Positions 1 to 10,100 of a stretch of 52,093 nucleotides of DNA are shown here, one piece after another; the first letter of the stretch is position 1; every line of letters starts with the position of its first letter. The stretch comes from Candidatus Binatia bacterium (lineage in GTDB: Bacteria > Desulfobacterota > Binatia > HRBIN30). The stretch lies in the NCBI GenBank assembly GCA_038245295.1, contig JBBRSP010000037.1, positions 1 to 52,093 of the forward strand, read 5' to 3'. The translations under genes were made by a program, and so were the position numbers. Below the pieces are notes generated by a model. That model had not been told where the DNA came from, made no database searches, and saw only the letters and a program-made list of their open reading frames with translations.

Positions 1-33
1 CGGCGCGCTCCGCTTGCAATCCGGAGCGCGCCG
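1..33. repeat. 12-bp GC-rich hairpin (terminator- or REP-like) downstream of the solute-binding protein gene
   Basis: CGGCGCGCTCCG-N9-CGGAGCGCGCCG perfect inverted repeat; the window edge prevents seeing a U-tract. Confidence 0.45.
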
Positions 34-77
34 CTCCGCGGCGCCCCCAGAGTTGACGATGAACTACCCCTGCGTCA

Positions 78-1166
78 TCACCCCAACACCCGCTGCGCCG
101 CGGCCTGCACCAACGCCACAGCTGCGGAAGCATCGATCTCACCACGTAACGCCCGATGCAGCGCACCCCAGCCGGCATCTTCGATCTCCGGGAACCGCTC
201 GAGCGGCGGATAGGTGATCATGCCATTGGCGATCGTGCGGCGCGTGATGTCTAGGCGCCGCGCGTCAATCTCGTCCGTCCCTCGTACCGCGCCGAACACG
301 TCGACGTGCGCACACACGGCGCCACTCTCCGCTTCCAGCATGTTGGCTGTCGCGGAGCACAGGCGTTCGATCATCAAGAGCGAGGCGCCGATGTCGCCGG
401 ACGTTTTGGGGATCGCCCACGAATGACAGCCGGCGTAGGAGCGCATGCCAAACGGTCCGCTGAGATAGGGATAAGGTTCGAGCCCCTTGCCACATGCCGA
501 GGCACGCAGAGCACCGGTGGCGCCGGGCCACGCCGCAGCGCAGGCGACGCGACCGCTCCCGAGCGCGGCGTCGACCTGGTCGTAATGCCAGTCGGGCAAA
601 TCAGAAGGCGCCCGATTCGCTAGAGTCATCAAGCTCTCCACGGCCTGCACCGCGTGCGACGTCGCCATCGTCGGGCGCAAGCCATTGTCGAAGAGCCGGC
701 CACCATTGGCCGTGACGATCTCGAAGAAGGTGCCAAACAAACCCGAGTCGCGGCCGGGAAACCCGAAGACCAGCGACGAAGCCAGAAGCTCCGCCCAGGT
801 TGCCGGCACCGGTTGCCCGCCCAACATCTCGCGGTTGGCCCACAGCACCCGCACATCGATGTTGCGCGGCACGGACAGCAGCGACCCTTTGAAGCGGCAC
901 AGCTCCACCGCCTTCGGTGCCAGCGGATGCAAGACGGCGGGATCCAGGATCCCATCGAGACGATGCAACCATGGCGCCTGCGACGGCGCATACTTCGAGT
1001 GGGTCGAGATCAGATCGAGGCGCTCACCGCGCCCGAGGCGTGCCGCGACCTCGCGGTTCAAGGTGGGGTGATCGCCGCGCACGACGACCTGGACATCCAG
1101 ACCGTCGAGAACGCGATACAACCCATCGTACATCGGTCCACCGACCAGAGCGATTCGCAAAGACAT
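78..1166 (-). CDS. Extracellular solute-binding protein family 1 (sugar ABC SBP-like)
   Basis: SBP-type segments SVPRNIDVRVLWANRE, PATWAEL, GCHSWAIPK; ATG at 1166 chosen (MSLRIALVGG); no signal peptide visible. Confidence 0.75.
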   Translation of the reverse strand: MSLRIALVGGPMYDGLYRVLDGLDVQVVVRGDHPTLNREVAARLGRGERLDLISTHSKYAPSQAPWLHRLDGILDPAVLHPLAPKAVELCRFKGSLLSVPRNIDVRVLWANREMLGGQPVPATWAELLASSLVFGFPGRDSGLFGTFFEIVTANGGRLFDNGLRPTMATSHAVQAVESLMTLANRAPSDLPDWHYDQVDAALGSGRVACAAAWPGATGALRASACGKGLEPYPYLSGPFGMRSYAGCHSWAIPKTSGDIGASLLMIERLCSATANMLEAESGAVCAHVDVFGAVRGTDEIDARRLDITRRTIANGMITYPPLERFPEIEDAGWGALHRALRGEIDASAAVALVQAAAQRVLG

Positions 1167-1229
1167 GACGTGCCAATACCGCGCTCGGCGGCGACATGGC
1201 AAACGTCGCCCTTGGTAGTTTAGTTCATT

Positions 1230-1304
1230 CTTGCCCTTGCCGTTGCCCGTGCCCTTGTCCGTCGTCTGCGAAACCCGGGCAACGGCAAGGGCACGGGCAA
1301 GGGG
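1230..1304. repeat. Hexamer-periodic palindrome (NTTGCC units and their complement)
   Basis: CTTGCC CTTGCC GTTGCC CGTGCC CTTGTC followed by its complement; 18-bp perfect IR 1232-1249 / 1276-1293. Confidence 0.7.
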
Positions 1305-1333
1305 TGGTACGCCCTGCCCCCTACCTCGTTCGG

Positions 1334-1561
1334 TCAGGCTCTCGCTTCGAGAATCAGATTCATCGGTGTCTCCGTCGCGCGGCGTAAGTGTTTGAAGCCG
1401 GCCTCCTCGAAGATTTGACGCAGGCGCGCTTCGCCGGCTTGGGCGCCGAGGCCTCGTCCAACTTCTTGGGACAGGGAGTTGGGCGTGCAGACCGACGAGG
1501 ACACGACGTATAAAAGCGCCGCCATCGGATTCTCGACCAGGTTGCGGGCGGGGGTCACCAC
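1334..1561 (-). pseudogene. C-terminal fragment of an Rv2258c-like class I SAM-dependent methyltransferase
   Basis: CTPNSLSQEVGRGLGAQAGEARLRQIFEEAGF..RRATETPMNLILEAR matches the family C-terminus; the SAM-binding N-terminal part is absent and there is no room for it before the SDR gene. Confidence 0.7.
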
Positions 1562-1619
1562 AACTCAGCTTGCGACGGCGCTACGCCCGCCCGACGATTT
1601 CCTCAATGCAGATTCTTCG

Positions 1620-1647
1620 GTAGGAGCGGTTCGCGAACCGCCCCTAC
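1620..1647. repeat. GTAG-type REP palindrome
   Basis: GTAGGAGCGGTTCGCGAACCGCCCCTAC; a second GTAG-headed hairpin starts on the minus strand at 1324. Confidence 0.65.
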
Positions 1648-1672
1648 TGTGCACGCACGACGCCGGGAACCA

Positions 1673-2473
1673 TCAACGCGGTCGCGCCAGGATGCGCTGC
1701 AACAGCGACGGCAGAAAGCGATGGACCAGATGCGGCAGCTTGGCCTCGCGCCCCGGCAGGATCAGCGCCGGCCCCTTCGGCAGCGCCCGCACCAGTGCCG
1801 CAGCGACCGCCGCGGCCGGCAGCACACCACTCTTCAGCTCGGCAGCCAGCACGTCGGCCGGCTTGAGCTTATTCTCGGTCTCGAACCCCGGAGTATCGAT
1901 GGATGGCGGACACAGCACCGAGACACGCATGCCGGTGCGCGCGTACTCGGAGCGCAACGACAAACACAGACCCACAACGGCATGTTTGCTGGCGGCATAG
2001 GCGCTGTAGCCGAACATACCGAAGAGACCCAACACCGAGGCCGTCGACACGAGGCGCGTGTCGCCCTGGTCCTTCAAATGAGGGATCGCCGCCTTGAAGA
2101 CGTTGACCGTGCCCATCAGATGGCGGCGCAGTTGCTCTTCGAACACCGCGACGGGCAGGTCCTCGAAATAGCCGGGATGTGCCGCACCGGCGCAGTTGAT
2201 GACAATGCTGGCGGGTCCGAGCTCCCGGATACAGGCCTCGAACGCCGCCGCTGTCTGTGCGGGGTCGGTCACATCGGCCGATACGGCGATCACCCGGGCC
2301 AGCCCCTGCCGATTCAGGCCGACCTTGGCGGCCGCAAGTTTATCGGTCGAACGTGAAATGAGGCCGATGCCGTGAACTCGCCCGGCCAATGCCTCGGCGA
2401 CGGCGAGGCCGGTACCTTCCGAAGCGCCGAAGATGATGGCCGCCCGGTCGCCAAGTTTAGGTAATGGTTTCAA
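1673..2473 (-). CDS. SDR family oxidoreductase, 3-ketodihydrosphingosine reductase (KDSR)-like
   Basis: GASEGTG Rossmann motif, NCAG, YxxxK (YAASK), PPSIDTPGFETENKLKP. Confidence 0.85.
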   Translation of the reverse strand: MKPLPKLGDRAAIIFGASEGTGLAVAEALAGRVHGIGLISRSTDKLAAAKVGLNRQGLARVIAVSADVTDPAQTAAAFEACIRELGPASIVINCAGAAHPGYFEDLPVAVFEEQLRRHLMGTVNVFKAAIPHLKDQGDTRLVSTASVLGLFGMFGYSAYAASKHAVVGLCLSLRSEYARTGMRVSVLCPPSIDTPGFETENKLKPADVLAAELKSGVLPAAAVAAALVRALPKGPALILPGREAKLPHLVHRFLPSLLQRILARPR

Positions 2474-2560
2474 GTCGTTGAGCTCGTTTCCGTGGGTCTA
2501 CTCCATCGGCAACGGGTGGGCAAAGGGAGACTGCGCCGGCCCGAGCGGCCGGAACAAAAC

Positions 2561-2667
2561 AAATGGAGAACCGACGACCCAGAACGGGCAACCTACGACG
2601 GACAAATAGGTTGCCCGCCAGTTGGTCATTTTCAGTTGTCGGCCCTGGGTTGTCCGTTTTCCATTGG
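2561..2667. repeat. Heptamer-periodic palindromic element, copy 1
   Basis: AATGGAG AACCGAC GACCCAG AACGGGC AACCTAC ... TTGTCCGTTTTCCATT; homologous to the reverse complement of 38354-38459. Confidence 0.8.
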
Positions 2668-2735
2668 GTCCGAGGGCAACCTTGTCGCGGCCAGCGCTCC
2701 GTCCCACCAAGCCACGCCCAACTCCATAACTCGGC

Positions 2736-2764
2736 TTGCCTCGCCCCACCCCCACCCCTATGAT
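2736..2764 (+). promoter_or_regulatory. Putative sigma70 promoter for the radical SAM-rng operon
   Basis: TTGCCT-N17-TATGAT ending 14 nt before ATG 2779. Confidence 0.55.
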
Positions 2765-2778
2765 CCGCCGGCTTTCCT

Positions 2779-5619
2779 ATGGCTACCTACGAAGCTCAAT
2801 ACCAGCGGCTCGCCGCGCGCGTCGAAAAGCCGAATCGTTACCTCGGCAACGAGCGCGGTGTCGTGCGGAAGAATCCGCGCGACGTCGAAGTCCGCTTCGC
2901 CCTCGCCTTCCCCGACGCCTACGAGATTGCCCAGTCGAACCCGGGCTTACAGATCCTCTACGATATCTTGAATCGCCGCCCTGACACCTACGCCGAGCGC
3001 ACCTACGCCCCGTGGACCGACATGGAAGCGCAGCTGCGCGCCAACAAGATCCCGTTGGTGTCGCTCGAGACGTTCTCGCCACTCAGCGACTTCGACATCG
3101 TCGGTTTCACGCTGCAGTACGAGCTGACCTACACCAATGTCCTGAACATGATCGACCTCGGCGGCATCCCGCTGCTGGCCAGGGACCGCAACGAGAACCA
3201 TCCGCTGGTGATCGCCGGCGGCCCCTGTGCCTTCAACCCGGAGCCGATCGCCGATTTCCTCGATGCCGTGCTGCTGGGCGACGGTGAAGGCGCCGTGCAC
3301 CAGATCTGCGACGTCGTCAAGCGTTGGAACGGCCGCAACCGCCTGGAGCTACTCGAAGCTCTGTGTGCGGTCCCTGGCATCTACGTACCGGCGTTCTTCG
3401 AACCGAAATACGCCGGCGACGGCCGCATTCTCGAGATCACACCACTCAAGCCCGGCTACGAGCGTGTCGACAAGGCCATCCTGCGCGATCTCAACGAGGT
3501 CCCGATTCAGGAGACCTTCGTCGTCCCGACCCTGAAGATCGTCCACGACCGTCCCAGCCTCGAAGTGATGCGTGGTTGCGTGAAGGGCTGTCGGTTCTGC
3601 CAGGCCGGCTACATCTACCGGCCGCTGCGCGAGCGCGAGCCCCAACGCGTCATCGAACAAGCCGAGCGCGCCCTCGCCGCCACCGGCTCCGACGAGTTGT
3701 CGCTGCTCAGCCTGAGCACCGGCGACTATTCGTGCGTCAACCCGGTCATCACCGAGCTGATGAACCGCTTCGCCGACAAACGCGTCGCCGTGTCCCTGCC
3801 GTCGACCCGCGTCGATGCCCTGGCCCCGTCGCTGCTCGAGCAGATTCGGCGTGTCCGCAAGACCGGTTTCACCCTGGCCCCCGAGGCCGGCAGCCAACGC
3901 CTGCGTGATCTGATCCAGAAGGAGTACCAGGAGGACGAGCTCATCGCCGCAGCGGCGCAGATCTTCGGTCTCGGCTGGAAGGGGCTCAAGCTCTACTTCA
4001 TGATCGGCCTGCCGAGTGAGACCGAAGAAGATCTGATGGGCATCGTCGACTTGTCGGCCAAGGTCGCCGCGGTCGGCCGCAAGCATCAGGCGCAAGTCAC
4101 AGCCAGCATCTCGAACTTCGTTCCCAAGTCGCACACGCCGTTCCAGTGGGCGCCGCAGATCCCAAGCTCGGAAGTCGAATCGCGCCAAGCGTTCCTCAGC
4201 CACGAACTACGACGCCGACGTATCGCCTTCCGTTACCACGATGCCCACCTGTCGTATCTCGAGGGAATCGTGTCGCGTGGCGATCGTCGCACCGGGGCCC
4301 TGGTGCAACGCGCCTTCGAGCTCGGCTGCCGCTTCGACGGCTGGAACGACGCCTGCCGGCTCGATCTGTGGGAACAAGCACTCAAGGAGACAGGCCTGTC
4401 GGCCGAGTTCTACCTGCGACGTCGTTACCTCGACGAAGTTCTGCCGTGGGATCATCTGAGCTCGGGCGTCAACAAGGCGTTCTTGCAACGCGAGCTGGCG
4501 GCGGCGTTCGAACGGACGCTGACTCCTGACTGCAGCGTGCAACGCTGCACCTATTGCGGCGCCTGCGACTTCAAGAACGTGCGCAACATCGACTACCACA
4601 TCCACGGCGCCAAGGGCTCCGAACATCGTGGTGAGAAGATCGATCACTGGGCCCGTGATGTCGTCGATGCCGCCGAGGACAAGGACGAGCCGGGCTCGTG
4701 GGAGCCGCGCGGTTGGAAGAAGGCACACGGCAAGCTCGACGAGCTGCTGTCCACCGCCGCCGCGCCGATCGACGTGCCGCCACCGAGTGCCACGGCTCCT
4801 CGCATTAATGTCGAGCGCGGCCTCGGCAATGCCGAGGAGTGGATGTCGGCCGGGGACGAAGGCCTCTCGCCGGTTGGCGATGCCGGAGCGGCGCCGCCGG
4901 TTGTGCGGGTGCGCCTGACCTTCACCAAGCTCGGCCGCACGCGCTTCGTCAGCACCCTCGAGCTGACCAATCTCTTCTACCGAGCCGTGCGCCGCTCCGG
5001 CTTGCCGGTGGCATTTTCGCAGGGACATCACCCGCTGCCGCGTTTCGGATTTGGTCCAGCGCTTTCGGTTGGCGTCGAGAGCGTCTGCGAACGGGTCGAC
5101 GTCGACCTGACCGAGATGATGACGGCGGCCACCGTACGTGCCGCCTTCCAGGGGCAATTCCCCGAGGGCATCGAAGTGATCGACGCCGAGATCGTGGCGC
5201 TCCGGCGCGCCGTCAGCATCACCGGCGATCTTGCCGGTGTGCGTTACACGGTCGACCTGACGTCGCTCCAGGACGGCATGGCAGCCGACGAGATGCGCCA
5301 ACGACTGGCCGCCTTCGACGAATGCGACAACTGGCCGCTGAAGAAACGCGCCAAGGGGAAGGAACGGATCATCAACGCCCGCCCCTTTGTGACCAAGATC
5401 GAGCTGGCAGAGCCGGCGCGATCCCTGGACATCACCATTGCCTACAATTCGGCCGGGTCGGTAAAACCCGCCGATCTGATCGCGTCGATCTTCAACCTCG
5501 ACGCCGAAGGGATCGGCGCCGTCGCGATCTGCAAAGTCGAAGAGTATTCCATCGAGCACAACGCGCCCGAGGCGTTTGCTGTCACAACGGACGCATCGGA
5601 GTCCGCCAGCGCGGAGTAA
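2779..5619 (+). CDS. TIGR03960-family B12-binding radical SAM protein fused to a TIGR03936/DUF2344 domain
   Basis: EKPNRYLGNE N-terminus, FPDAYEI, CxxxCxxC (CVKGCRFC), TLAPEAGSQRLR, C-terminal AFSQGHHPLPR..FGPAL; located upstream of rng as usual. Confidence 0.92.
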   Translation: MATYEAQYQRLAARVEKPNRYLGNERGVVRKNPRDVEVRFALAFPDAYEIAQSNPGLQILYDILNRRPDTYAERTYAPWTDMEAQLRANKIPLVSLETFSPLSDFDIVGFTLQYELTYTNVLNMIDLGGIPLLARDRNENHPLVIAGGPCAFNPEPIADFLDAVLLGDGEGAVHQICDVVKRWNGRNRLELLEALCAVPGIYVPAFFEPKYAGDGRILEITPLKPGYERVDKAILRDLNEVPIQETFVVPTLKIVHDRPSLEVMRGCVKGCRFCQAGYIYRPLREREPQRVIEQAERALAATGSDELSLLSLSTGDYSCVNPVITELMNRFADKRVAVSLPSTRVDALAPSLLEQIRRVRKTGFTLAPEAGSQRLRDLIQKEYQEDELIAAAAQIFGLGWKGLKLYFMIGLPSETEEDLMGIVDLSAKVAAVGRKHQAQVTASISNFVPKSHTPFQWAPQIPSSEVESRQAFLSHELRRRRIAFRYHDAHLSYLEGIVSRGDRRTGALVQRAFELGCRFDGWNDACRLDLWEQALKETGLSAEFYLRRRYLDEVLPWDHLSSGVNKAFLQRELAAAFERTLTPDCSVQRCTYCGACDFKNVRNIDYHIHGAKGSEHRGEKIDHWARDVVDAAEDKDEPGSWEPRGWKKAHGKLDELLSTAAAPIDVPPPSATAPRINVERGLGNAEEWMSAGDEGLSPVGDAGAAPPVVRVRLTFTKLGRTRFVSTLELTNLFYRAVRRSGLPVAFSQGHHPLPRFGFGPALSVGVESVCERVDVDLTEMMTAATVRAAFQGQFPEGIEVIDAEIVALRRAVSITGDLAGVRYTVDLTSLQDGMAADEMRQRLAAFDECDNWPLKKRAKGKERIINARPFVTKIELAEPARSLDITIAYNSAGSVKPADLIASIFNLDAEGIGAVAICKVEEYSIEHNAPEAFAVTTDASESASAE

Positions 5620-5625
5620 GCAGCA

Positions 5626-7134
5626 GTGGCGCGTGAGATCCTCATCAACGCGGCGCCGTTCGAGACGCGCGTCGCGCTAGTCGAGCGCTTGAAGCTCGTC
5701 GAGCTGTTCATCGAACGGCCGGCGCAGCGCGGCGTGATGGGGAATGTTTATAAGGGACGCGTCACCCGCGTGCTGCCCGGCATGCAAGCGGCCTTCGTCG
5801 ACATTGGTCTCGAACACGCTGGTTATCTGCACGCCAGTGATCTCGACAGCGGCGTACCGCCGATGCTCGGGAACGAAGAAGGCGGCGTCGATTTCCCCGG
5901 CCGCACCAATGGCACCGAGAAACTACCGATCGAGCAGAAGCTCAAGCGCGGCCACGAGCTACTGGTGCAGGTGGCACGCCCACCGGTTGGCAGCAAAGGG
6001 GCGCGTGTCACTACCAACGTTTCGCTGGCCGGGCGTTTTCTCATCGCCACGCCGGGCGTCGATCACATCGGTATCTCCAAGCGCATCGCCGACGAAGCGG
6101 AACGCCTGCGCCTGAAGGAAGCGGTGGGCGCCATCAAGCCCGTCGGTCAGGGCTTCATCATCCGCACCGCGGCCGAAGGATTGTCGAAACGCGAAGTCCA
6201 GGATGACGTGAAGTTTCTGGACAAGTTGTGGACCAACATCCGCCAGAAGGCCGACAGCGTGGGGCCGCCGGCGCTATTGCACCAGGATATGGACGTCGTC
6301 TTGCGCATCGTGCGCGACTTCGCCACGGCCGACACCCATCGGATTCTCGTCGATGATCCGGAGCAGCATCAGCGGGTGCTCGAGTTCGTACGGGCAACGT
6401 TGCCCAAGCTCGCCGACCACGTCGAGCTTTTTGAAGGAACTGAGGCAATCTTCGATCGTTTCGGCATCGAGCCGCAGATCAGCAAGGCACTCGAACGCAA
6501 AATCTGGCTCAAGTCGGGCGGCTACATCATCTTCGATCACACCGAAGCACTGACGGTGATCGACGTGAACACCGGCCGCTTCATCGGCAAGAAGAGCCAG
6601 GCCGACACAATCCTGAAAACCAACCTCGAAGCGGTGACGGCGATTGTCGAACAGATCCGTCTGCGCAACATCGGCGGCCTGATCGTCATCGACCTGATCG
6701 ACATGGTGGATGCGGCGCATCGCCGCACGGTGTTCGAAGCTCTGCGTGAGGCGGTCAAACGCGACAAGTCGCCAACGCGGCTGCTACCGATCTCCGAGCT
6801 CGGCCTCATCGAGATGACACGGCGTCGCAATCGCGAGAGCCTATCCGAGCTGCTGTGCGAGTCGTGTTTCGTTTGCCACGGTGGTCGATTGATCAAATCG
6901 AGCCAGGCAATCGCCTATGATGTTTTGCGTCGTTTGGGGCGTGAGGCAACCGCGGCGGGGGCGGCTACCGCCACGACTGTCCGCGCCGTCGCTCACCCAG
7001 CCGTGGTGCGATTCCTGCGCGAATCGGAAGCCCAGAACATCCAGCAGATCGAAGCCCGCAGCGGCAAACATATCGTGCTCAAGCCCGCCTCCGGGGCCGC
7101 CATCGATCGTATCGAGATCGAGCTCATCTCCTGA
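5626..7134 (+). CDS. rng: Ribonuclease G (Rne/Rng family)
   Basis: GNVYKGRVTRVLPGMQAAFVDIG, DHTEALTVIDVNTG, IRLRNIGGLIVIDLIDM, CxxC Zn-link; 502 aa with no RNase E C-terminal tail. Confidence 0.93.
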   Translation: MAREILINAAPFETRVALVERLKLVELFIERPAQRGVMGNVYKGRVTRVLPGMQAAFVDIGLEHAGYLHASDLDSGVPPMLGNEEGGVDFPGRTNGTEKLPIEQKLKRGHELLVQVARPPVGSKGARVTTNVSLAGRFLIATPGVDHIGISKRIADEAERLRLKEAVGAIKPVGQGFIIRTAAEGLSKREVQDDVKFLDKLWTNIRQKADSVGPPALLHQDMDVVLRIVRDFATADTHRILVDDPEQHQRVLEFVRATLPKLADHVELFEGTEAIFDRFGIEPQISKALERKIWLKSGGYIIFDHTEALTVIDVNTGRFIGKKSQADTILKTNLEAVTAIVEQIRLRNIGGLIVIDLIDMVDAAHRRTVFEALREAVKRDKSPTRLLPISELGLIEMTRRRNRESLSELLCESCFVCHGGRLIKSSQAIAYDVLRRLGREATAAGAATATTVRAVAHPAVVRFLRESEAQNIQQIEARSGKHIVLKPASGAAIDRIEIELIS

Positions 7135-7176
7135 GCTCGCAGCTGTCGCGCAGCGGCTCAACCGCCGTTTGTCAGA

Positions 7177-10100
7177 TCAACCGGTGACGCGAACGATGAT
7201 CGTCGCAGGGATGCTGAGGCGACCGGCCAGATCACGCACGCGCACCCTGACCATCGTATCGCCGGACGGGAAAGCCGTCGGATCCGTCATGAACCCGCAG
7301 AACTGGACCCGCGAGCTGTTGTTCACGAAACGGAACTGACCATCGGGGAACAGCGTGCACGATTCCATCGGCCCGTTGCGTCCGCCGGGCAGTCCGTTGC
7401 CATCTTTGAATCGGCACGACAGATCGTTGATGGTGTCGCTGCCAAGCTGATTCGACATGAACTCAAAGGGCACGGTGGCGGGAATGCCGCCATACACCGG
7501 GAACGCATCGTCACAGACATCGAAGCTGCCATTACCCAATGCACGCGACACAATGACCTGCAGATCCGGAACGTGTGACGGATCGCTGATGTCCCAGTCG
7601 AAGGCGCTGCCGCCCACAGGAGTGTTGGCACCGCCTGGGCGCGCTTCGACGACCAACGAGAATCCCGAGCCACCGGTGCGGACGAAAATCGGCGTGCCGT
7701 CGTCTGCCGTGCCGCTCGAGGCCACGAGCGTGTCATCGGCACGCGTCAATCCGAAGAACGTAATGACCGGCTCCGGCGGGATCGTCGGCGTTGGACTCAG
7801 CGTGATGGTCGGTGTGGCGGTGATCGACGGGGTCATCGTTATCGTGGGCGTGAAGGTGATGGTACGCGTCGCCGTTGGCGTGCGCGTCAACGAGTAGGTC
7901 GGCGTCACCGTCGGCGTCGCCGTAACCGTCGCCGTCACCGTCGGCGTTCGCGTCGGGGTATCGGTGCGTGTTTGCGACGGCGTCGGCGTAACCGTCCGCG
8001 TCGCGGTCTGGGTCACGGTGCGCGTGATTGTCGGCGTTCGCGTCTCGGTCGGTGTAGCGGTCGGCGTCGGCGTCGAGGTTGCGGTCGGCGTGTTGGTGCT
8101 CGTCTGAGTCCGTGTTGCCGTCACCGTCGCCGAGCGGGTTGACGTCGCCGTCTGGGTCGCGGTGCCACTGCGCGTTGCCGTCAGCGTCGGCGTCGGGCTC
8201 AGCGTCGGTGTTCCAGTGACACTGGGAGTCGCAGTCACGGTCGGCGAGAAAGTATTGGTTGACGTTTGGGTTGGCGTCGCCGTCCGCGTCGAGGTGCGGG
8301 TCAACGTTGGAGTCCGTGTCGGCGAGAACGTCAGCGTCGGGCTGAAGGACGCTGTCGGAGTGTTGGTGGGACGCACCGTCCACGTTGGCGAGAAGGTCGT
8401 CGTCGCCGGCGGCGAGTTTGTCGGTGTCGCGGTCAAGCGCAGTGTTCGTGTCGGCGTGGGAGACGCGGAAGGCTCCAAGGTACGAGTCGGCGTGATGGTC
8501 CGACTCGCCGTCGCCGTCGCGGTGGCCGTTTGCGTCGGGCTCTGACTAGCAGTCGCCGACGGGGTCAGGGTCAAGCTTGGCGTCGAAGTCGGTGTTCGCG
8601 TCTGCGTCGCGGTGCGTGTCGGGGTCGAGGTTACGGTTGGAGTCAAGGTAATCGTCGGCGTCGTGGTTGGCGTCAACGTCGCCGGCAACGTTCCGGTAAC
8701 GGTCAACGTGACCGTTGGCGAGATCGTCGGCGTCAGGGTGAGGGTCGGCGAGTGCGTTGGGGTTTCGCTCGGCGTCACCGAAAGGGTCGGGGATGCCATC
8801 GGCGTGCGTGTGATCGTCAGGGTGCGCGACGGGGTCAACGACGGCGTCGGTGTAACACTCAGGGTTGGGGTCGGACTCAGCGTCACGCTCGGCGTCAAAG
8901 TCGGGGTTGTGGTCAACGTAGCCGTCAGCGTCGGCGTCGGGCTGATCGTCACGGAGGGAGTCGGACTAGGAGTCTCGGTTGGCGTCAGGGTTTCGGTTGG
9001 TCGTGCCGTGCGGGTGCGGCGCGGTCGCCGCGTCGGGGTTGGCGTCTCGCTCGGGGTGGCGCTGGGACTGCGACTAGTGATGGTGCGGGTCGGGCTCACC
9101 GTAGTTGTTGGTGTCCGGCTTGGCGTTGCCGTTCGAGTCGGCGTGTCGGACCTCGTCGCGGTCGCGGTTGCGGTCGGCGACAGCGTCGGTGTGGGAGACA
9201 GCGAAGGTGTCATCGTCGGAGTAGCCGAGACGGTTGGTGTTTCGGTGACCGTCTGCGTCGCTGTATTCTCCGGAGTGTTCGTCGGCGCGACCGGCGTCGG
9301 AGAGGCCGTCGGAGTCGAGGAGCTGGTCGGTGTGGAAGAGTCCGTCGGTGTCAGAGTCCGCGTGACAGACGGCGTATCGGTTGGGGTATCGGCGATGCGA
9401 ATCGTATTGGTCGGCGTTACCGAAATCGTCGCCGAGCGCGTCGTGGTCGGTGTACGCGTGGTTGTTGCGGTCGCCGTGGTCGAAGACGTCGGCGTCAACG
9501 AAGGGATCTCGGTTGCCGTGAACGTCGGGGCACCTGGGGTCGTAGGCGTAAACGACGGCGACGCGGTGCGCGTGCGCGTTGGCGTTGCGGTCCGCGTCAC
9601 TGTGGCCGTAGCGGTATCCGGCGGCGTCAGGGTTGGTTGCCGCGTGTAGGTCGAGGTGGACGTAACGGTCGCGGTAGCGGTTTGCGTCGGCGTGTTACGT
9701 CCCGGGGCCGTGTGTGTTGGTGAAGCCGAGGGAGTGGAGCTGGCGGTATTGGCCGGACTGCGAGTTGGCGTGGTGGTCCGTGTCGTCGTGGGCGTCCAGG
9801 TCTCCGTCGGGGTGAAGGTCGAACGTCGCGTCGCCGAGGCTGTCGGCGTGAGCGACAGCGTCGGTTCGGTCGTTGGTGTCGCGCTCGGTTGAGGCGTCGG
9901 CGTATTCGTCGGCGGCAGCGACGGTGACGGGCTCTGGGTCGGGGTGATACTCGGGAACGTGGTACGGGTTCTGGTTGGCGTCATGGACGGTCCAACGGTG
10001 AGGGTACGACTCGGCGTCAGGGTTCGCGTCGCGGTTGTCGTCGGTGTCGGCGACGGCGTTGCGGTGAACGTCGAGGTGGACGTAGACGTGGACGTCACGG

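Noticed and set aside
1156..1180. TTGGCACG on the minus strand as a sigma54 promoter for the solute-binding protein
   Set aside because: The GC is not at the required 10-nt spacing and the motif overlaps the start codon
2498..2763. Small ORFs with similar translations at both heptamer elements (MENRRPRT...)
   Set aside because: The similarity comes from the non-coding repeat itself; a 7-nt period is not codon-compatible and flanking sequence is not conserved
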